From Promethearchaeota archaeon (lineage in GTDB: Archaea; Asgardarchaeota; Hermodarchaeia; Hermodarchaeales; Hermodarchaeaceae), in the NCBI GenBank assembly GCA_048938295.1, contig JBHLMI010000016.1, positions 22,973 through 54,972 on the forward strand: a stretch of 32,000 bases of DNA, given 5' to 3'. Shown piece after piece: positions 26,652-32,000 of the stretch. The translations under genes and the position numbers were made by a program. Numbering within the stretch: position 1 is the stretch's first letter; each line of letters begins with the position of its first letter. The notes below the pieces were generated by a model. That model saw only the letters and a list, made by a program, of their open reading frames with translations, was not told the origin of the DNA and searched no databases.

Positions 26652-27815
26652 ATGGTAATTAGGCTTGGTGCAACCGTGGTGGAACCCATTTCCCCTGATG
26701 TTATCCGTACAACCGATGTCGGAAGTTATCCACTCGTCGCCATTGATATGACCCGTTATTCATGGGGTGCTGCAGATCTAGAGGGCAGTCATCACACAGA
26801 AGTAGCTAAGGACTTCATCCGACAGCACAATGATGCCTTTACACGCAAGATGAGAGCACTAGGGTCATCGATCAGTGCACCTTGCTATGTGCAAGGCACC
26901 TTCGAAAGGGATATGATCAGTCAATTCCTTGACCCTATTGTCCGGCATGGCCGTGGTCTCCAAAAACAGGCAAACAGGTATCTCTGGGACGGAACTCTCA
27001 TCCAGTTGCCATCAGAAAAGGCTCAAGTAGCTGAACTTCTAGCCCTTAAACACGGGGCAAAAACCATCTGCCAAGAATTCGAGATTGATTCTATCCAATA
27101 CCGGGCCTGCATCACTGGACCCTTTGAATTAGCCAGTCGCCTCTGGCGAGACATGGGCGTTGGTCCCCGCTACGATGAATCCCTCATCGAATCCTTCGCA
27201 GCCATCGTCCGCGCCTTCATGAAGAACGCCCAAATCGAAACCAAATACCTCAAGCCCCTCATCATTACACTGGATGAACCTTCAATCGGTGTCGCTGGGG
27301 TCGGTGATCTATTCATGGATACTGATACGGATGATCGGCTCAATCACCTCATCGACAACTGGAATACAATACTCTCAACTATTCCTTCTTGTTATTACCG
27401 TGGTATACATCTCCATTCTTCTCCTTACCACCAACTCGCTAGCGCGAATTGGAATCTGCTTGAAGCCCACCAGAGCGTCATTGTTTCAAAATCTTGGCTT
27501 GTGGAGCACAACAAATACATTCGAGCCGCGGTCATGCGAACCGACGGACCGACTTTTTCCTCAGGCGTTAATCTACGAAAGGCTTGGGACGAAATCCTGT
27601 CAGGGAACATTCTGCCTTACCTCCAGCCACAAGAAGAAATGTGGCATTATCTTGAAGCTGCTGTCACCCGCTATGGCAGTGACCAAGTCCCTTTTGCTGG
27701 TCCCGAATGTGGACTTGGTCCCTGGAACTGGCGATACGGTGAGGAAATGGTCCTCGCTAGCCTTGAGAATCTCCAACAGGTTGTTACAAGTTTCAACCAG
27801 TCACACAAACTCTAA
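26652..27815 (+). CDS. MetE-like (cobalamin-independent methionine synthase C-terminal domain family) protein
   Basis: Opens with TTDVGSYP, contains LIITLDEPSIG, GIHLHSSPY and AGPECGLGPWNWR, in MetE order; lacks the bacterial N-terminal half. Confidence 0.78.
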   Translation: MVIRLGATVVEPISPDVIRTTDVGSYPLVAIDMTRYSWGAADLEGSHHTEVAKDFIRQHNDAFTRKMRALGSSISAPCYVQGTFERDMISQFLDPIVRHGRGLQKQANRYLWDGTLIQLPSEKAQVAELLALKHGAKTICQEFEIDSIQYRACITGPFELASRLWRDMGVGPRYDESLIESFAAIVRAFMKNAQIETKYLKPLIITLDEPSIGVAGVGDLFMDTDTDDRLNHLIDNWNTILSTIPSCYYRGIHLHSSPYHQLASANWNLLEAHQSVIVSKSWLVEHNKYIRAAVMRTDGPTFSSGVNLRKAWDEILSGNILPYLQPQEEMWHYLEAAVTRYGSDQVPFAGPECGLGPWNWRYGEEMVLASLENLQQVVTSFNQSHKL

Positions 27816-27864
27816 TAGGCTTCTCGAACTCCACTCTAGACTGCTAAATAACTGCTGACGAGTT

Positions 27865-28794
27865 CTAACGACCTGAGGCTTCAATAATACGGGGGATGAG
27901 CTCTTCCCACTTCACCGCCATGATATGACAACCCACCGCGTGCGTCGTCTTCCTCAACTCACGGAGAAACTCACCATAATACTCCACGTTATACTCGGCA
28001 ATCTTCTCCTTCCGGATCACCTTATCCTCAATGTCCTGAAGCTCTTTGAGCCGCGTCAACATCGGCTCCGGAATCTTCACACCGGGAACGAATTTTTCCA
28101 TCCAATCAGCGATTTTAAATGATTTTAGAGGAAAGATGCCGACAAGGGTGGGGACTTTGACGTGTTTGATGGCTTTCATGAAGGCTTTGGCTTGTTCGAT
28201 TTCGAAGACGACTTGGGTTTGAGCGAATTCTGCTCCGACGGTTTCTTTGCGTTCGAGTTTCAGTATCTCGGGCTCGAGGGGGATGGCGCCGGGGTTGATG
28301 GCGACGCCAACGTGGAATTTTGGGGGGTTGTGGATTTCGTGTCCGTTGAGGTCAACGCCCTCATCGGTGATTTTGCGGATCAAGGCGGTGAGGCTGGCGG
28401 AATCGAGGTCGAAGACAGGCTTCGCTTCGGGTTGATCACCTAGGCTAGGATGGTCGCCAGTTAATGCCAAGATGTTAACAATGCCCAGAGCACCGGCGGC
28501 AAGCAGGTCCGCGAACATAGCGAGTCGGTTCCGGTCACGGCAGGTCATTTGGCAGACGGCTTCCAGTCCGGCTTTTTCTTGAATCATATACGAGGGACCT
28601 AATGAGTTCATGTAAGCGAAACTCTGGGGGATATCAGTCACGTTGGCGGCGACAACATGGCCTACGAGTTTCTTGGCGCCTTCAATGACTTCGTCCATGT
28701 CGCCGATTTTTTCGGGTTCAAGTTCACCGGTGTATACGAACTTGCCCGCATTGATTTCTTCCATGAGTTTGCTGTATGCTTCACGTTTTGCCAT
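27865..28794 (-). CDS. metF: Methylenetetrahydrofolate reductase
   Basis: TGELEPEK, VTDIPQSFAYMNS, QMTCRDRNRLAMFADLLAAGALGIVNILALTGDHPSLGD, VGVAINPGA. Confidence 0.9.
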   Translation of the reverse strand: MAKREAYSKLMEEINAGKFVYTGELEPEKIGDMDEVIEGAKKLVGHVVAANVTDIPQSFAYMNSLGPSYMIQEKAGLEAVCQMTCRDRNRLAMFADLLAAGALGIVNILALTGDHPSLGDQPEAKPVFDLDSASLTALIRKITDEGVDLNGHEIHNPPKFHVGVAINPGAIPLEPEILKLERKETVGAEFAQTQVVFEIEQAKAFMKAIKHVKVPTLVGIFPLKSFKIADWMEKFVPGVKIPEPMLTRLKELQDIEDKVIRKEKIAEYNVEYYGEFLRELRKTTHAVGCHIMAVKWEELIPRIIEASGR

Positions 28795-28810
28795 AGTGTT
28801 TCACCGTCTC

Positions 28811-29467
28811 TTAGATTTCCAGTTTCCGGGGCGATTGGGCGACCCGCCAGTCACGGGGTTCACGGTACTTCTTATACAAATCTAGTCGTCCCAGTTTCTT
28901 CAGCCGTTCATAGATGAGATACCATGCGCAATCATTCTTGTAGTCCCCGACTTCACATTTCCCTTCCAACATTCCACCACATGGGCCATTGACTAGCGCT
29001 TTGGGGCAGCGGGTCATGGGGCAAATCCCCCCGGTTTCATTGAGTAGACAGTCTCCGCAGCCTCTACAATATTCGAAGAAGTGTCCAAGTTCTCGGTCCT
29101 TTCCTCCCATGCCGAATGTGTCAACAGCAGTAAACACTTTCATATCGGGGAATACGTCAATAAGGGTTTGAGGGCCAACGCCACACGCAAGGGAAATCAT
29201 GGCATCAATCCCTTCTAATTGTGGTCGTAGGGTCGTCGCGACGAGTTGCCGATCACATTGTCGCAGCACAATGGTGTGACGCACTTCACCCGGTTCATTG
29301 TTCAGCTGACGATGCATCTCAATAAGCTTTGCCAGCATTTCTGTCTGCTTTTCGCCACCAACCATGTAAATTCCTGAGCATCCATCACATCCAACAATAA
29401 GTAGGTTCTCAATACCCTCGACAGTCTTCAGTATTTTTTCGACTGGCATTTGTTTCGGAATAATCAT
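28811..29467 (-). CDS. metV: MTHFR C-terminal / MetV-like Fe-S partner protein
   Basis: GCDGCSG, SLACGVGPQTL, CRGCGDCLLNETGGICPMTRCPKALVNGPCGG. Immediately upstream of metF on the same strand. Confidence 0.87.
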   Translation of the reverse strand: MIIPKQMPVEKILKTVEGIENLLIVGCDGCSGIYMVGGEKQTEMLAKLIEMHRQLNNEPGEVRHTIVLRQCDRQLVATTLRPQLEGIDAMISLACGVGPQTLIDVFPDMKVFTAVDTFGMGGKDRELGHFFEYCRGCGDCLLNETGGICPMTRCPKALVNGPCGGMLEGKCEVGDYKNDCAWYLIYERLKKLGRLDLYKKYREPRDWRVAQSPRKLEI

Positions 29468-29926
29468 TGGTAGTCACCGTAATCAAGCAATCTGGCAACG
29501 GTATAGCTTTGACGTATATACAATTTTTTCTCCTTCAAGAATGAGATTGAAACATCCAAACGTCTTGGTTTTGTTTGCGGTTGTAAGTAGATGGTTTGAT
29601 GGGTTTTAACGGGTTTTTGTTGAGAACCATTATGCATATAAACAAACCAAAACCCGCACCCAGGCACCCACACCATGAGGGGTTCTATGCATTCCGAAGT
29701 CCACGAATATGATGAAGAAAATGAAAGTAAGGAAACAGAAGGCCTCGAACACCGTATTCCAACTCTCGACGAACTAGACAAATCGGAGATTTCAATGGAT
29801 TTTCCGAGAAGAGCAGACGAAATTCCATCCTTGAAAAAAACATCGGTTCAGTTTTGGCAACCTTGTGTTGGGAATAAATCAAGTAGTGACATCCTCTCTT
29901 TCAGAAAATGTACGAGGCAAAAATGC

Positions 29927-30292
29927 TTACTGGTTGTCTAAGACTTGGGTAATTGTTCGGAGGAGTTGGGCAAACCGTACGGGCTTTATCAGGAACGAGA
30001 CCGCTCCTGCTTCTAGCGCCTGTTTTCGGGCGGTTTCGTCAGCGCTTAAAAAGATGATTTTGCTCGCGGGATCAATGATCCGAATTTCTTTAGTGGCAGT
30101 TACGCCGTCCTTGATGGGCATACGGTAGTCCATCAATAGTACGTCTGGTCGAGGGTTGAGGGCTCCAAATAGTTTCACGGCTTCGTCGCCATCGAAGGCG
30201 CTGCCGACCACATTGAATCCTTTCATCGAGAAGAAAGACCGATACACCCGATGGAGGTTCTCATCGTCATCAACGATAAAAATGGAAATTAT
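29927..30292 (-). CDS. Receiver-domain response regulator; upstream boundary unresolved
   Basis: ORF-track entry 29927..30247 starts after the acidic pocket; the same frame extended upstream reads IISIFIVDDDENLHRVYRSFFSMKGF..., then VLLMDYRMP, IIFLSAD, FLIKPV. No ATG/GTG/TTG between the TGA at 30346-30344 and the GTG at 30247. Confidence 0.8.
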   Translation of the reverse strand: MISIFIVDDDENLHRVYRSFFSMKGFNVVGSAFDGDEAVKLFGALNPRPDVLLMDYRMPIKDGVTATKEIRIIDPASKIIFLSADETARKQALEAGAVSFLIKPVRFAQLLRTITQVLDNQ

Positions 30293-31767
30293 TCTTGTTC
30301 CCCCCTTGGTAAGAGCACAACAAAGTTTGCTCCTTGTGTGTGGTCACCAGTAACCCGATCTTCGACCCAAATCTCACCGCCATAACGTTGGAGGATCCGC
30401 TGAACCAGTGTTAATCCTATTCCCGACCCACGTACTCCTTCTGGTCCGTTGGGGTACCGGTTGAAAATCCGTTTCTTCTCCGAATCGGGTACACCTGGCC
30501 CTTGGTCCTGCACTTCGACTTTCACAAAGTTATTCGTACTTTTTTCACTGGCTTGCACTTCGATTTTGACCATTGGATTGCGATCCATCTTCGCAGCATT
30601 ATGAAGGATGTTGAAGAATAACTCCGTGAGGAATCCATCGCTGTAGACCCAATAGGTTTGGTCCTGTATGTTTGTAGACAAGAATATCTGTTTATTCGGA
30701 AATGCCCTTTCGACGGCACGGACTGCAGCATGAAATGGAGGCGAAAGATCGCGTGTCGATAATCGGCGGGGTTCAGTTTCCAAGGATTGGAAACGTTTAA
30801 CATTTGTTATCAATTCGGCGCTACGTTCCACTTGATTGAGTGAAGCCTCTAGTCCTTCACGAAGATGTTTTGGAAGCTGTTCATCGCTTTCGATGAGCTC
30901 CAAGGTCATCATGATACCTTGGTTAATGTTGTTCAAGTCATGGGCCATTAGGTCGACGAGGAATTCAGACCGTTGGTGGGCTGTTGACAGTTTGATCTCA
31001 GCTTCCTTTCGTTTAGTGATGTCTTCCAGGCTTCCCTCATAGCAGTAGATTTCTCCATTGGTATTCCGGATCGCTCGGGTGTTTAGTTCAATCCATATGA
31101 TCTCCCCATCTCGACGTTGAAACTGAACTTCGAAACCTCGGACAACTTCCGCCTTTTTAATATGTGCTTCAAATTGTTTCCGCACTTCTGCATTGACATA
31201 GAATTCGGAGGCTTTGTGTTTCAGTAGCTCTTCTTTTGACTCAAAGCCAAGCATTTCGACTAAGGCTGGATTGATATCGTGAATTTGTCCTTCTGGAGTT
31301 GTCCTGTACAGCCCCACAGGGACACTATCAAAGAGACTGCGATACTTTGCCTCTGATTCTTCTAAAGCGTGCTGTGTCTCTTTCCAATCAGTGATATCGA
31401 TTCCAATTCCAAAAATTTCAGCGACTTCTCCTGCCTCATCCGTGATGAAGGTGTTATTCCATCGCACGAGGCGCTGTTCGCCTGATTTGGTTATCCAATG
31501 AACTTCTGGCGAATATGCTGGCGTTTTTCCTTGCACTAGATCCTGGAATCGAACCATCAGCTTTGATCGTTCATCCTCAGGAATGAATAACTCAACAATA
31601 TTTTTCCCAAGCACTTCCTCTGAAGAGTAACCTGTAACCTCCTCGCAACGCCTGTTAAAGAGCGTTATACGACCCTGCGTATCCACTCCCACCACCAAAG
31701 CACCAGTCGCATCAACAAGACGACTAAACCTGTCTTGTTTCTTCTGAATCTCCTTCATTGGCGACAT
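30289..31767 (-). CDS. PAS-PAS sensor histidine kinase
   Basis: Two PAS domains (RFSRLVDATGALVVGVDTQGRITLFN; KYRSLFDSVPVGLYRTTPEGQIHDIN), H-box FLVDLMAHDLNNINQG, ATPase NILHNAAK, DQGPGVP, GSGIGLTLVQRIL. SD AGGAGG upstream of ATG 31767. Confidence 0.93.
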   Translation of the reverse strand: MSPMKEIQKKQDRFSRLVDATGALVVGVDTQGRITLFNRRCEEVTGYSSEEVLGKNIVELFIPEDERSKLMVRFQDLVQGKTPAYSPEVHWITKSGEQRLVRWNNTFITDEAGEVAEIFGIGIDITDWKETQHALEESEAKYRSLFDSVPVGLYRTTPEGQIHDINPALVEMLGFESKEELLKHKASEFYVNAEVRKQFEAHIKKAEVVRGFEVQFQRRDGEIIWIELNTRAIRNTNGEIYCYEGSLEDITKRKEAEIKLSTAHQRSEFLVDLMAHDLNNINQGIMMTLELIESDEQLPKHLREGLEASLNQVERSAELITNVKRFQSLETEPRRLSTRDLSPPFHAAVRAVERAFPNKQIFLSTNIQDQTYWVYSDGFLTELFFNILHNAAKMDRNPMVKIEVQASEKSTNNFVKVEVQDQGPGVPDSEKKRIFNRYPNGPEGVRGSGIGLTLVQRILQRYGGEIWVEDRVTGDHTQGANFVVLLPRGEQE

Positions 31768-32000
31768 GGACGATTCCTCCTGTCAAGAGGGAGCAGGTGA
31801 GCTGCGTATCCCAGGAAAAAGTACTCGTTCCTGTTTGGCTTCAAACCCCGCAATCAATCCAGCTCAATGAACGGTATAAAACCTTTTCATCCATTCTTCC
31901 AACAACCGACTTCGTTGTAGATTTTACAACCGCATCAAACTTGGTCTTCTATCAGTGATCGGATTAGATGGTCAACTCCGAAGCGTCCCTCCGTATTTGG

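Noticed and set aside
27274-27858. 194-aa plus-strand ORF overlapping the MetE-like gene
   Set aside because: Alternative frame of the MetE-like coding sequence; the MetE frame carries all conserved motifs.
29464-29781. 105-aa minus-strand ORF just upstream of metV
   Set aside because: Ser-rich start and no family resemblance; most likely the antisense reflection of the plus-strand ORF or non-coding.
1-32000. Search for CRISPR arrays, defence islands, integrases or retron-like features
   Set aside because: By eye I found no regularly spaced direct repeats, no Cas-like genes other than TnpB, no reverse transcriptase and no integrase; most of the content is core or metabolic genes.

Overview
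Archaeal chromosomal segment, about 32 kb and gene-dense. Ribosomal protein S26e, TrmY, CofD, archaeal-type phosphoglycerate mutase, archaeal AIP-synthase-like enzyme, MetF/MetV and large surface proteins together suggest a TACK/Asgard-type archaeon; the lineage is an inference. From left to right: a TnpB-encoding IS200/IS605-like element (left end outside the window); serS; a secreted alpha/alpha-toroid protein; a thioredoxin reductase; tandem PhoU/TrkA_C proteins; a CDP-alcohol phosphatidyltransferase; a PadR regulator; a divergent TrmY; S26e; a free-standing ThrRS-type editing domain; three phosphohexomutase paralogues and a GlmU-like nucleotidylyltransferase; cysS; cofD with an FbiB-C-terminal-like nitroreductase; a ~1360-aa surface protein with a cytoplasmic longin/roadblock-like domain; tRNA-Cys; apgM; a nucleoside phosphorylase; an AbrB-PhoU regulator; a MetE-like protein with metF and metV; and a histidine kinase followed by a receiver domain. 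The observations I rate highest are: (1) the receiver domain after the kinase has no canonical start codon upstream of its acidic pocket and lies in the -1 frame directly after a G6 run at the kinase 3' end; (2) the giant membrane-spanning surface protein with a longin/roadblock-like cytoplasmic domain; (3) a TnpB with a Fanzor-like rearranged RuvC catalytic glutamate; (4) a MetE-like protein with Cys-to-Ser at a canonical zinc ligand; (5) the stand-alone ThrRS editing domain. No CRISPR array or obvious multi-gene defence system was found.
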